From positions 358,794,001 to 358,858,000 of the forward strand of contig OZ024742.1 in assembly GCA_964016885.1 (NCBI GenBank): DNA of 64,000 bases, written 5' to 3'. Position 1 is the stretch's first letter; each line of letters starts with the position of its first letter. Of this stretch, positions 12,989 to 25,469 are shown piece by piece. Source of the stretch: Eledone cirrhosa. Taxonomy: Eukaryota. Below the pieces are notes generated by a model. That model ran no database searches. It saw only the letters and a list, made by a program, of their open reading frames with translations, and was not told the origin of the DNA. Both the position numbers and the translations under genes were made by a program.

Positions 12989-13049
12989 TATAGAATAGAA
13001 TGAAACGAAATTTCATTTCTCACTCTTAATACGGCAGTTACTTAAATTT

Positions 13050-13434
13050 AAGTATGTATGTATACGTACATACATATATGTATACATACGTACAGTAGTA
13101 TGTATATATATACACGTATCGGTTTACCGAACATTTATTATAATGCTCGGTTTGTTTGTAAACAAACAAACACCCCGAATTATGCCGTACAGTGTTTAGG
13201 CAACCACGTCTCCTTTATGTTCAACACTGACACAGGAACGATGTACTAGTTTCAAGCTTATTAGCTATCGTCATCATCTTATACCTTCCTGCCAGATGGT
13301 TGAACGAGCATTATAATAAATGTCTGGTAATCCGATACGTGCATATATATATGTGTGCATGTATGTATATATATATACATACTACTGTACGTCTGTATAC
13401 ATATATATATGTACGTATACATACATGAATACTT
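13050..13434. mobile_element. Inverted-repeat insert with a hammerhead-like motif in the spacer
   Basis: Arms about 13050-13151 and 13303-13434 (cacgtatcgg..catttattataatgctcg / cgagcattataataaatg..ccgatacgtg). Confidence 0.65.
13240..13278 (-). ncRNA. Minimal hammerhead-like motif (C3A in core)
   Basis: GATG-ATGACGA-tAGCTaataAGCTt-GAAA-CTAG-TA-CATC; all three stems are present. Confidence 0.55.
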
Positions 13435-13455
13435 ACATATAAATATATATATATG

Positions 13456-13922
13456 TATAAACGTTTGAATTTGTAAAGCCAAAACAATGCAGGTATGGAT
13501 ATAGAATAAGAAATGCAAATGCAAAAGATATTGTTGACAATTTGTCTTTTACCTTAGATTTATTTAAATGTCCTTAATTTTCGAGATAATATCTCTTCTT
13601 CGGAGGGAAGTAAAGCGGTTAAACCAGTGTTCTAAATAGCTTGCCAAGTCATGCTGATAGGAAATGGTATAGCATTTCCTGTCAGCATGACTTGGCAAGC
13701 TATTTAGAACACTGGTTTAACCGCTTTACTTCCCTCCGAAGAAGAGATATTATCTCGAAAATTAAGGACATTTAAATAAATCTAAGGTAAAAGACAAATT
13801 GTCAACAATATCTTTTGCATTTACATTTTTATTCTATGTCCATACCTGCATTGTTTTGGCTTTACAAATTCAAACGTTTATACCTCATTACACAATGCTT
13901 CAAGTGAACTATAACTTCCTCC

Positions 13923-13923
<1 letters not shown>
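13456..13923. mobile_element. Near-perfect palindrome (~210-bp arms, 6-nt loop at 13667-13672) between (TA)n tracts
   Basis: The arms are reverse complements and the right arm extends about 40 bp further. The same family occurs at 39174-39413 and 42197-42335. Confidence 0.85.
13733..13767 (+). ncRNA. Minimal hammerhead-like motif with CCGAAGA core (also 13572-13606 - and 39336-39370 -)
   Basis: CCT-CCGAAGA-aGAGATattATCTC-GAAA-AT-TA-AGG, identical in three copies. Confidence 0.5.
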
Positions 13924-13991
<68 letters not shown>

Positions 13992-13998
<7 letters not shown>

Positions 13999-14663
13999 CA
14001 GCGAGAATCGTATTTCGGCTGGTAGAAAAAGCGAAACGAAACGCAAAATCGTAGAAATGATGGCAAGCGCTCAATAGTTTAAAAAACCAGAGCTAAACAA
14101 TATGTTAAAACGCCATACAAACTGAAAAAGTGGTTAAGAAGGCATTAACCACCTAAGCCAAAAAAGAAATCAAGCTAAACAGGTCAAACAAAATAAATGA
14201 TAAAAACCTGAACCCAAATGGAACTGGTGGTAAAATCCAAATGCAGGGTTTCTATGACACCTAAATCAATAATACTGTCTGCTTAAAACTATAAGCTTTC
14301 AGCATAAATATCGAACAAGGAATATCACGTTATCAACAGGTAATTCTGCTCTGTAACCAACTTTGCGAGTGACGCCGAACATAATGAACGCACATGCGTA
14401 TGTCACAAGGGGAAATTCCCCATATTTTGGCAAAGGAATTCTGTATGTGTATATCATACAAAAAATTCAATAGATAGCACAAATCGAATAAGCACTCAAC
14501 CGGGTAGTTTTTAAAAATAAACTTATGCAATTAATCTGTCAATAGAATTACTAACAGGTTATTTGTAAGATTCGGGAGATTAATACAAATATAATTCAGC
14601 GAGAATCGTATTTCGGCTGGTAGAAAAAGCGAAACGAAACGCAAAATCGTAGAAATGCTGGCA
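13992..14663. repeat. ~670-bp insert bounded by ~70-bp direct repeats, inside (TA)n
   Basis: ataattcagcgagaatcgtatttcggctggtagaaaaagcgaaacgaaacgcaaaatcgtagaaatg at about 13992 and about 14591. Confidence 0.8.
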
Positions 14664-14694
14664 TTTATATATATATATATGGAATATATATATA

Positions 14695-14821
14695 AATGGA
14701 AGCCACGCCATCGCATCCGTTTAAGGAAGGAATTCGTTTGTTGGATGACTAATTGCAGAAAAAAATCGTTGTTCGGAATAGGAATGTCTTTCAGGGAAGA
14801 TTTAAAAGGAAACGTCTCCAT
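14695..14821 (-). pseudogene. N-terminal remnant of a PLE ORF
   Basis: METFPFKSSLKDIPIPNNDFFLQLVIQQTNSFLKRMRWRGFH resembles the 'SLKNIPIP...IKRMRWKA' start recalled for invertebrate PLE ORFs. It is cut by (TA)n. Confidence 0.55.
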
Positions 14822-15266
14822 AATACTCAGCGTTCAGAGCACAAACGTGGGTAGGAGCAAATAGTGTAGGTAATTCGACGAAATACTGGTGTTGGTACCA
14901 AATCAAGCACTTTATGCACAGGCAGAATCTATATAATAGAATAAACGTGGAAGTTTCGTTTACATATGAAAAATATTTATTGCGTGTCGACCTGTAACGC
15001 GTGTCTCGCAGACGATTGGCTCAAGGTGACCCATAGGAGTTATGGACCTGACTCCAGTATCGAGCTGCTCCTCTGACTGATGATGCGACAAAAGATGTTT
15101 GTGTTGTTTTATGTGGGCCGAGAAGGTATATATATATAGGATATTTATAGACATCGGCCCTATTTTATATGTGTAGGCGTATGTGTGTATTTTGGTGTAA
15201 TTGGTGGGGCGGCAATGCGGGTGTGTTTTCAACAATATTCATGTGCGTGTTTGCGTGAGTAATTAA

Positions 15267-15330
<64 letters not shown>

Positions 15331-15482
15331 CTTAAAACAGAAAACAAAAAAACAAAACAAACCGAAGAGGCAGTACAAAGTGTTAATATTAGGTTCACGT
15401 TTGAGAGTGGGGGATATATATATTTAATATAGAAATGGCTTCTACAACACTAGAACTGTTTCATTCGAAGGAAATCATCAGG

Positions 15483-15534
<52 letters not shown>

Positions 15535-15539
<5 letters not shown>

Positions 15540-15800
15540 ATGCTTTGGGAGGGTCATGTTGCCAATAAGAAACACTCGCACCACATGCTTTCACTCCAAT
15601 TTATTATAAATTAAATTTATAAATTTAAGAATTTATAAATTTCTGGTTGGTTGGTTGGTTCCACAACCGGACATTGTTCATATATTGTCAAAGTTCTTTC
15701 GTCACACATTATGTGACCTCTTCAGTGACTGGGGATTCTTTTCTTTGTTTTTGTGACTCTCCTTTGTTCTGTCCTACGCCATCTTGTTTTTGCCCCCAAA
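15535..15800 (-). mobile_element. Hammerhead-bearing insert in (TA)n, same family as 53150-53405
   Basis: Long reverse-complement identity between the two loci. Confidence 0.8.
15687..15729 (-). ncRNA. Type I hammerhead ribozyme motif, canonical core
   Basis: GTCA-CTGAAGA-gGTCACATaatGTGTGAC-GAAA-GAAC-TT-TGAC, identical to 53209-53251. Confidence 0.65.
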
Positions 15801-15866
15801 GCATAACAATATCGGTTTCTACACACGTTTTCATATAAGGAATCTTGCTAAACAAATTCAGAAACG

Positions 15867-15967
<101 letters not shown>

Positions 15968-16241
15968 CATTAAAATAAAAATCGATTGACATATATATAT
16001 AAAATAAACACATCAAACAATTACAGGGGATAATTTGTAAAGAGTGTAAGCGGTAGGCAAGATATTAGTAAGTAAAGATTTTTTCTTCTCTTGTTTACTT
16101 TTCCCATATTTGATATTACTACCGCCCTGAATCTGTAACTTTTATTAACTCTTTCATAGAACCAAACTCACTATAAGTTGGACACTCTGTATGTATCTAT
16201 ACTTATGTAGAGATATGTATACTTCTTCATTTAATATATAA

Positions 16242-16425
16242 CTGTTTCTACTTTTGGCATAATGCCAGCAAATAGCCAGTACATTGTTACTACTTTATTT
16301 TATCGGCCCCGTAAGGATGACAGGCAAAGTTAACCTCGGCGGGATTTGAACTCAGGCCGTAAAGGGCCGTAACTCTTAGGTGCAAATCATGGCGTCCGAC
16401 CCTCTACCGATACTGCCAATCCACA
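16242..16425 (-). mobile_element. SINE family A, reverse
   Basis: ggcaaagttaacctcggcgggatttgaactcag..ggcgtccgaccctctaccgatactgccaatccac. Confidence 0.85.
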
Positions 16426-17020
16426 CTTCAGGTTTGTTTGGGCCCCTCATACACAAAATATTAAAAATACACAACAAATCCCCCCGAATTTACATATCAA
16501 AGTTAGCTTGACACAAGTAATTGGAATTGAAAAGTTATACATAGAAGTTATACATACAGGTATTATATTAGAAAATACTAACCATCCTAAAAATAAAAAG
16601 CCCTGCTGAAGTCACAAATAAATTGCTACGGCAGTCGCTGGCAGGGCCCCCCCCCCCCTTACTCTAGGGAAATTGGACCCTCCCCCCATTAAATCCTGCT
16701 CTAGATGGGCAGCAAGACATCCTGCGTAGACCACGTTGTAGAACACGGCGCTCTCTCCCTCTTTCTTTTACTTTTGATATTTAAATTTTCCTCTTTTTTT
16801 TCCTTCTCTCTCCTCCCAGCTTTGTTTCATAAACATACGTAGATGAATTGTACATCTCTTTGTTTTACCTTTAATGAAGTTAAATCTTTGAAAACCCGAG
16901 GACGTGTTCACCTCTACACCACAGTCCAATAACTTTTTTTTTCAATCAATTAATTACAATTTTTATTCAAAGTTCTATAAATAACATTACAAATTGTTCA
17001 TAATTCATTCAGAATGAAAA

Positions 17021-17170
17021 TATAAACAGATAATAAATAGAATTTAACTATTGCTAGAAACCTCACAAATGTAAACAGATATGATAAATAGAATTTAACT
17101 ATTGCTAGAAACCTTATAGATATAAACAGATATGATAAATAGGATTAACTATTGCTAGAAACCTTATAGT
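17021..17170. repeat. ~50-bp tandem repeat, 3 copies
   Basis: taaacagata(t)gataaatagaatttaactattgctagaaacct repeated. Confidence 0.8.
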
Positions 17171-19777
17171 TATAATGCACCAAAATATACTATCAAAGCG
17201 AGAGAAAGAAAAACAGAAACGACTATCAATTCAACACCAATTTTGAGAATCGGCCGCACATCACAAGGGTCAGTGGTAATTGTTGAGGCCAGCAGCCTCA
17301 ACAATTACCACGGTTGATGGCGAGGCTAAGGCGCTGAAACAGCCAGGCATCACCTGACACCTCGGTATGGTGAGCCACCAACAATGAGAAGAACTTTGAA
17401 TGTGATATACCATTAGCAAGCGTTCATTACTTGATTTACGACCAATGTAAAGGCTTTATGTTTTAAAGCGTAGTTATGACTGCCTATAAAATCCTCTTCT
17501 ATCGCCATTGTACACCTGGGAAATTAGGAACACTCGACACTCAATAATGTTATTTAGTTTTTACCTCAATAACTCCTTTTCCTAATTTGTTGCACTACAT
17601 GCTACTCAATGGGTAATTTGATTATCTACTCCATGGCTATTTCTAAATTGTCATAAACATATAGAACTAGCTTCGAAGCTTTTGATGTATGTATATTAAG
17701 CTAGTCTTGCAACCTTAATGTCTACACCAGGGATGTTTTTCTTTTACTATATCTCCGTTTATGTAAAAACCACTTTCTGATGGCAACAGAAAACTGTTTT
17801 CGGAATTCTCTTTCGTTTTCTTGCATGAATAATTGACGATTCAGGCTCGTTCCTTATAAGGGTGGGAGACTGGTTCTTATCGTTCCTCCCCCATTATTTT
17901 TCTATGAGGGAGCCACAGATTTAACAAACCGAGCTCATAAAATTGTCTTCAAATATGTTTCCTCTGAAAGAGTGCCCACTCAGAATGTTCTGAAGTACCC
18001 CAACTCCACCCTTCATGAATGCCAAAATCTGATATGAGAAAGTTTAGAGATTCCATACCGGCGTTATATATTTGAAATAATTTGCAGTGATGTACTTAGC
18101 GTTGCTTATGTCTAAACCCACCGGCAACTCAAGTAGTAAAGTTTAATCTCCTTATATATGTTCCAGTTCTGGTACACAGGCAGGGTCAACATTAGTCTTT
18201 TGAAATCATAATGCAAAATACAGAGCTGGAATATGTATAATATCTGAAACATCAACGAACATTGCAGGTAATCACAAGTTGTGCGTTGTGTATCCTTTTC
18301 TTGCGTGTGTGACTGCCGCTACAATTATGTGATATACATAAAAATTAGATGTATATGTGTGTGTGTATACACATTCACACACACACATGTATATATGTGT
18401 ATGTGTGTGTGTGTGTATTTATACATACATATTCATATATATTTTACATGCATAAGTATATACATACACTCTGTACAGTGTATAATGTTTGTTTTTATCT
18501 TCTATTTCGCTACCTGAGTCTCATGGCAGAGCAATCGTCAGGCGTTAGGTTCTGTTGCTCGCAGTTTCTAATCTTTTATTTACCATTTTATTAATGTCTG
18601 ATTGTTTTTTTTTTTTCGGTTTCTGTTCTTTTTCTAATGTTATTCTTTATTAGGACGCTGCCTGTACTCGTTAGTTTCATTTGGTGATTTCCTTGAACCA
18701 TATAATTATGAAGTTTCAGTTTATTTTGTACGGACTATTTTTGTGTAAGAGGTTTGCAGATCTATTTTTTCTTCATGTTTTAGTAATTGATTTCTGAATC
18801 CTCCTCTATCCTTTTGGTCTATTTACTGCTTTTTACATTCGCTTTTATGAAATTTTTATTATATTTTCGGTTCACGGGACACGTTTCCTGTTGATCAAAT
18901 TCATTTTGTTCTAGATGTTGATTACATGTCCACCTTGTTTATGTGAAATACATTACTGTTTAGCTTATTGGTCATGCAACCTTTTTTTTATTATAAAAGT
19001 GAAGTATTTGAATTTATACGGTCAGTTCGCTTTTAATTTTGGTTCGGCAGTTAAGAATGCAATTACATACAAACATACATACATAATACACACATACACA
19101 CACATATATATATATACACACATATATTTACACAAATATAATTACACACATACACACGCACATATATATATATATATATATATATAGGAAAAGAGTCAGG
19201 ACCCCGATGACTGAGTTCCCGCCGTTTCGACAGCTAGATCTGAACTAACCCTAAGTATCGAGTACTCTGGTGTGTTATGGTCTACCTGGTTCCTTACCAC
19301 ACTTCCTTCGTTATATATTATATATATATATATATTTATATATTAAAGGTATATATTGAGTTAGAAACTCAAAATAGTCTCTTACAATAAATTAACTCTA
19401 GGAAAGAGATTTTTCCGAGCCGTATAATATAACTGAAAAAAAAAGAAAAACAAACACAGACATATACATATATGTGTTCAAATCGCAAGGGACCAGATTC
19501 GCTAAGGTGAAAAGAATACTAACTATAGACAATAGGGTTTGCCAGACTCAATTTAAGAATAAATCAAGAAAGTAAATACAAACCGGAATTGTGGTAACTA
19601 CCAATCACCCGGACAGCTTTGATAATACTGTTTCGCAATATTAATTGTGAAGAGGAACACCAATTCTTGCTCATCAGCGGGTGAATAATTATTAGTACAG
19701 ACACGATGCAAAACAATAAGCAAACAATAAGGACGGCACAGAACAATAGGGAGTCGGTGTTATTATGTAAATAATGG

Positions 19778-19990
19778 GCGGTGGATTGGCAGTATCGGTA
19801 GAGGGTCGGACGCCAAGCAAAGAGTTACGGCCCTTTATGATCTGAATTCAAATCCCGCCGAGGTTAACTTTGCCTTTCATCCTTACAGGGTCGATAAAAT
19901 AAAGTACCAGTCACACACTGGGGTCAATTTAATTGACTTTCCCCTCCTCTGAAATTGCTGTCCTTGTGTCTATATAAGAAACCGTTATAA
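19778..19990 (+). mobile_element. SINE family A
   Basis: ggcggtggattggcagtatcggtagagggtcggacgcc..ttcaaatcccgccgaggttaac. Confidence 0.85.
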
Positions 19991-20089
19991 TGTAAATAAT
20001 GTTATGTGTGTGACAGCTCATACTTATGCAGGTTTAGCTGGCCTCCTCAAAGGTATATCTCGTTGGAGGTGTCTTAGGTGAGTTAATGA

Positions 20090-20252
20090 TAGGAACCCTA
20101 GTCCTATCATCTCATTTTTACAGCTGAGTAAACTGGAGCAACGTAAATTAAAGTGTCATGCTCAAGGAAAAAGCACATCACCCGGTCCGATGATTGAACT
20201 CACAATCTTTCGATTGCAAGCCCAATGTTTTAACTATGCCATGTGCCTTCAC
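20090..20252 (-). mobile_element. SINE family B, reverse
   Basis: cagctgagtaaactggagcaacg..gctcaagg..ttgaactcacaatctttcgattgcaag. Confidence 0.75.
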
Positions 20253-20716
20253 AAATAAATATTTAAAAAATAAAACATATTCCTCAATAGTCTGGAGACC
20301 TCTGCAGGCCACACTTAGAGAAATACCTCAAAAAGCCACCGTGGGGTCACCCTGAATCAAGGTTGGGTTTAGACATGGGGGTGCTCAGGGCACTTTAGGT
20401 TTAGGTGACCGCTAATTCACAAAAAAAATAGAAACCACAGCAAACCCTCCCAAATTTACATATCAAAGTACTGTGTGTCAAGACACCGCTAGCCGCTGCT
20501 TTCTATCATTTCAGGTAAATTTTACACGTCTCCGACATTGACGGTGTTTTGCTCTTGTAACAGCTTCCATGTGTTGAGTTCTACCTATTATTCTCTAAAC
20601 TTTAATACACTCGCGCCTCCCAAACGTTATCACCCTCTTCCTGCTATATCAAGCGTTAACCTAATATATACCTTCCATATACTGTACCGATTGTGTTGTT
20701 ATTTATGTTTACATTT

Positions 20717-20788
<72 letters not shown>

Positions 20789-20872
20789 CTTACATATATA
20801 TAATATATATATACACACACATATATATATAGAGAGATATATATGTACACACACACATATATATATATATAT

Positions 20873-21105
20873 ATAAGTTAAAACAATGAAATTAAAAATT
20901 CAAGTTATTAGAAATATACTTCACCGCTTTACGATCGTTTCTAAGTGATAATAATATATCGTACGCATATTTCGTTATCGATCTATATGATATAGATCGA
21001 TTACGAAATATGCGTAGGATGTATTATTATCACCTAGAAACGATCGTAAAGCAGTGAAGTATATTTCTAATGACTTGAATTTTTATTTCATTGTTTTAAC
21101 TTATA
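20873..21105. repeat. Palindrome (~115-bp arms, centre 20989) starting at a (TA)n array
   Basis: tataagttaaaacaatgaaat...atcgatctatat g atatagatcgat...atttcattgttttaacttata. Confidence 0.85.
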
Positions 21106-21369
21106 TCATGACTCTGTTTTCCTTTTGATGTTTTATTGTTTTCCCGGATTTATTTTAACCTACAACATTTTCAACATATGGATTACATTGATTTCTTCAT
21201 GCAGACTAGACCCAACAACTACCGTGGATATTTCTTTGTTTATATATATATATATATATGCATATGTATAAATATATATACATGTGTGCATATATACATG
21301 TGTATATATATACATATATAAATGTATATATATACACGTTCGTATATATATGTATATATACATGAATAC

Positions 21370-21420
<51 letters not shown>

Positions 21421-22178
21421 CACACACACACATATATATATATATTTGTATATAGTATTAATTATAATTCATATATTTGTATATATACATATATAAATGT
21501 ATATAAATACATAGAGCAAAGAATATTAAATTAATGGTTCTTCACACACAAATGTATATATATATGGAATCATTTCAAACTGGATACTTAAGAATATCAA
21601 TGAATAACTTCGTTGAAATTGTTTTAGTAAATCACTAACAGTTTAGCTCTTTCATCTAACGTTTTATTACATTTCTAAATTTTTCTAGTTATGCAGTAAT
21701 TAATAACTATATCTCATTGCATCCAGCTCCAATATAGCTAATGTATAATTTACATTTATCACTTCACCTATTAACTATATTAACATATATTCCACTCTCT
21801 CATTTCAGATATGACATATATATAGAAATATGTAAACACACACCTACATATGACAGCATGCCTACAAACACATACAATCTGCATTAACTTACACAACACT
21901 AATATAAATACGTCTCCATACATTCTGATTTAATCAAACGCATACTTAAATGTATATTTAAAGACAAGAAATAAATTGCTGAAACAACCTATGAATGTCA
22001 ATTAATATATAAATGTATAACTCTCGAAAACTTGCAAATATTTACCAATAGGAATAGTTAAGATATACGCATTACAGCACACACACAGACATTACGTTCA
22101 TATTAACTTACATACAATATAACATTATGAACAAGCAGCCTATAAACATACATTTATACAACTATCACACGCACGTGC

Positions 22179-22218
<40 letters not shown>

Positions 22219-22772
22219 GGAGAGAGGGAGAGGGAGAGAGAGAGGGAAGGTGAAGTTGGAAATAGCACGGAAAATATATTTTAGGGACTTTTTTTTTTCT
22301 TTTCTCTGATTCGTCAACGTGACATTATTGAAAAGATGACATTATTGCAAAAATGAGGGACAATTCGATTTTAAAAAAGAGTTATATAATGTATATAAAG
22401 TATATAAAATATAACCGGTTTCGATGTATTAGTAAAATTCATCTAATCAAATGTTGAGTATTACAATTAAAAAGAATTAATAAGAATTAAGAACTAAAAT
22501 TTAAAGATTTACAATTAACCGGTAAGTTTTTTTCGTCGTCCTTGTTGAGTACTCAATATTCGATTACCTTTCATCAGTACAGCTTACTGTTCACCTGTCA
22601 ACTGTCAGAGCTAGTAAAAATTATGATATTTATCAAAATATACAGTGACTGATCGGCCTGAAATATTAGTGTCTGTAGTTCTGTTTACATACCAACAATA
22701 ATGAGGGGCTCATTCTACTGACATGACTTTAAAAGAGAGGCTGTTTGCATAATTGCAAACGAATTAAATATT

Positions 22773-22960
22773 GGTGGATTGGCAGTATCAGTAGAGGGTC
22801 GGACGCCATGCTTTCCAGCATAGTTACGTCCCTTTACGATCTGAGTTCAAATCCCGCCGAGGTTGACTTTGCCTTTCATCCTTACGGGGTCGATAAAATA
22901 AAGTACCAGTAATGCACTGGGTAATTGCTGGCCTTGTGCCTAAAGTAGAGACAATTACTA
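22773..22960 (+). mobile_element. SINE family A
   Basis: Full head-to-tail match to other family A copies. Confidence 0.85.
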
Positions 22961-23041
22961 ATATTCGAAAAACTCAAATTACATGTATCACCCATCTAGA
23001 GCGATAAACCAATTGTTTTATATATATATATATATATATAT

Positions 23042-23894
23042 ACAATATATTTAGAAACACACAGATACATGCGGACACGCACATATATACACGAATGCAT
23101 CCGCACCCAACTGTGAGTTAAGGGTGCCAACTTCACCGATGTTGCTCAATGTCTTTATGATATATTGTCTTTATGATATATGTCTTTATGATATATTGTT
23201 TTTGTTTATGCCACGAAACTACGTAGTCGAGGAATTTAGGAGCAGTTTAGGTATGATACATTTTATTACTAATTATATCTAAATGTTTCTTCTCTCTTCA
23301 TAATGTATTTTTAACTCTGATACTGGTTCAGTCTGGTTCAACTGAATTGGTCTGTCCCAGTCATTCATTGAGCAACATCGGTGAAGTTGGCACCCTTAAC
23401 TCACAGTTGGGTGCGGATGCATTCATGTATATATGTGTGTGTCCGCATGTATCTGTGTGTTTCTAAATATATTGTTAATAACTCCCTCTGGTCGAGCAAT
23501 CTTTGAGGTGTGGGGACAGCTGGATAGCTTCCATTACTCATACTTCTCGCCTTCTTCGCCACCTCTTCTACGGCCTCGATATAAATGCCCCCTCCGCCTC
23601 CGTGGTATTTTCTTCGGGGTTATAAGAGGCTTAGCTCTGTTTCTCGACCGTTATATCGCGTGACTATCTCCCCCTCCGCCTTTTGGGATTCTTTCTCACG
23701 TCGTGTAGACGCGTTCTTGAGACTAGTAAAATGAGGTATCCTCTTGATAGATCGGCAGACCTCGCAAGGACTCTATGTCTTTATGATATATTGTTTTTGT
23801 TTATGCCACGAAACTACGTAGTCGAGGAATTTAGGAGCAGTTTAGGTATGATACATTTTATTACTAATTATATCTAAATGTTTCTTCTCTCTTC

Positions 23895-23898
<4 letters not shown>
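23042..23898. mobile_element. Complex insert in (TA)n with inverted (23042-23151/23366-23475) and direct (23180-23303/23775-23898) duplications; PLE pseudo-LTR-like
   Basis: Duplications read directly from the sequence. It contains a hammerhead-like motif at 23739-23828. Confidence 0.75.
23739..23828 (+). ncRNA. Degenerate type I hammerhead-like motif with long stem II
   Basis: TCCTC-TTGATAGA-tcGGCA...TGCCac-GAAA-CTACGTAG-TC-GAGGA: 5-bp stem I, palindromic stem III, GUC triplet, altered core. Confidence 0.5.
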
Positions 23899-23990
<92 letters not shown>

Positions 23991-24047
23991 GAGAGAGATT
24001 GCAGGAAGGAGAGAGATAAGGAGGGAGAGAGAATGAGAGAATTAGGA

Positions 24048-24558
24048 TTTAGTTTCAGGCATAGCTGTATACAGATATGTATAGAAATTTCGTATTTCTA
24101 AAGAAACACGGTATGTTTGTAGGTAAACGTTTAGAAAACCGTAGCTATGCAAAAACCACCGGGGCTAATACCCTCTGGTGGTGTCCTGCAGAAGCAAGGG
24201 GGACAATCGCCGATACATTTTGAACTTAATTGTTCCTAATCAAGACGATCCCTCCCACACTAGCCACTGCTGGACTTGAAAACAGTCGAGAATATATAGT
24301 TTTCTCGTTTGTGTAAATGAGGTGATTAATCTCATTTGCACACGAAGCTGTATAAGTTGGCTGAACTTATAACAGAATAGAATTAGAAGTTAGCTTCAGG
24401 CATTGCTGTATAGAAATTTCGTATTTCTAAAGAAACACGGTATGTTTACAGGTAAACATTTAGAAAGGCGTAGCTATGCAAAAAACACCGAGGCTGACGC
24501 CTTCTGCTGGTATCCAGCAGAAGCAAAGGGGTCAATCTTCGATGCATTTCGGACTTAT
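24048..24558. repeat. Diverged ~180-bp direct repeat pair (period ~340 bp)
   Basis: ttcaggcat..tgtatagaaatttcgtatttctaaagaaacacggtatgttt..gtagctatgcaaaaa..gcagaagcaa..gactta occurs twice. Confidence 0.8.
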
Positions 24559-24644
24559 ATATATATATAGAGATAGATATGTTTATATATATATATATAT
24601 CCATATTACTCACCACAACTTCTCCAGATCACACACACACACAC

Positions 24645-24695
<51 letters not shown>

Positions 24696-25099
24696 TAGTT
24701 TTCACGTGATTCTTAGAGAAATCATCTCATTACTGAAAGTTTTGTGATTACAATTATAATATATATTTTTTATACATTTTGATAAATCTCTACGTAATAT
24801 ATCCCTGAGCAGATGAATAGCCTTTCGGAAGATGTTAATCTTTGTATTGAATAGCAGAATATCTTATGTAATTTTCACGTTATTGAAGTCAGTAAAATCT
24901 TTCATTTAATGTGGAGAGCATTCTAATCTCATTAGAACTTCTTGATTCTGCGATTTATCTCTACGATGACAAACTATTTGCTAACATTTCAACAGTGCTA
25001 CACAAGGTCTCTGTCTCCGAAGATAACAGAAGACATACTAAAAACGATACATGATACTTGTATAAGTCACCTGTTTATGTATTAAAGACTGTCTCAAAC

Positions 25100-25345
25100 C
25101 AGGCGACTCGTGAGGTCGGTGTTTACCTCGCTTTCGTGGCATGAAGCGTCTGAGAGTACAAGACACAACGCCAGTCCATCCTAGGGTTAAACCACCAGCC
25201 ATTGCTGGTACTCATTTTCAACTAAGTATACTGGAGCAACGTACACTGAAGTGTTTTGCTCGATAATACAACATACAACCTAGCCAGGAATAGAACCTAC
25301 GATATTATGGTTGTAAGTCCAACACCCTTACCACAAGGCCACACA
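25100..25345 (-). mobile_element. SINE family B-related
   Basis: attgctggtactcattttca..ctggagcaacg..gaagtgttttgctc. Confidence 0.65.
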
Positions 25346-25469
25346 TATATGTTGGGTGAAATAAACTAAATAGAAAGAGAACATTGGAAATTATTTATAA
25401 AATAACTACTGAGCTTGAAAATACTAAAACATGGTAGGTCTCTGGAATGGAATCATTTAGTTTATTTAT

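Noticed and set aside
15441-15485. Hammerhead on the minus strand (CTGATGA-TTTCCTTCGAAT-GAAAC)
   Set aside because: The core is present but stems I and III cannot be formed; at best a truncated relic.
21014-21055. Complete hammerhead in the 20873-21105 palindrome
   Set aside because: Only a 3' half (CCTA-GAAA-CGATCG-TA) is visible, with no CUGANGA-like core.
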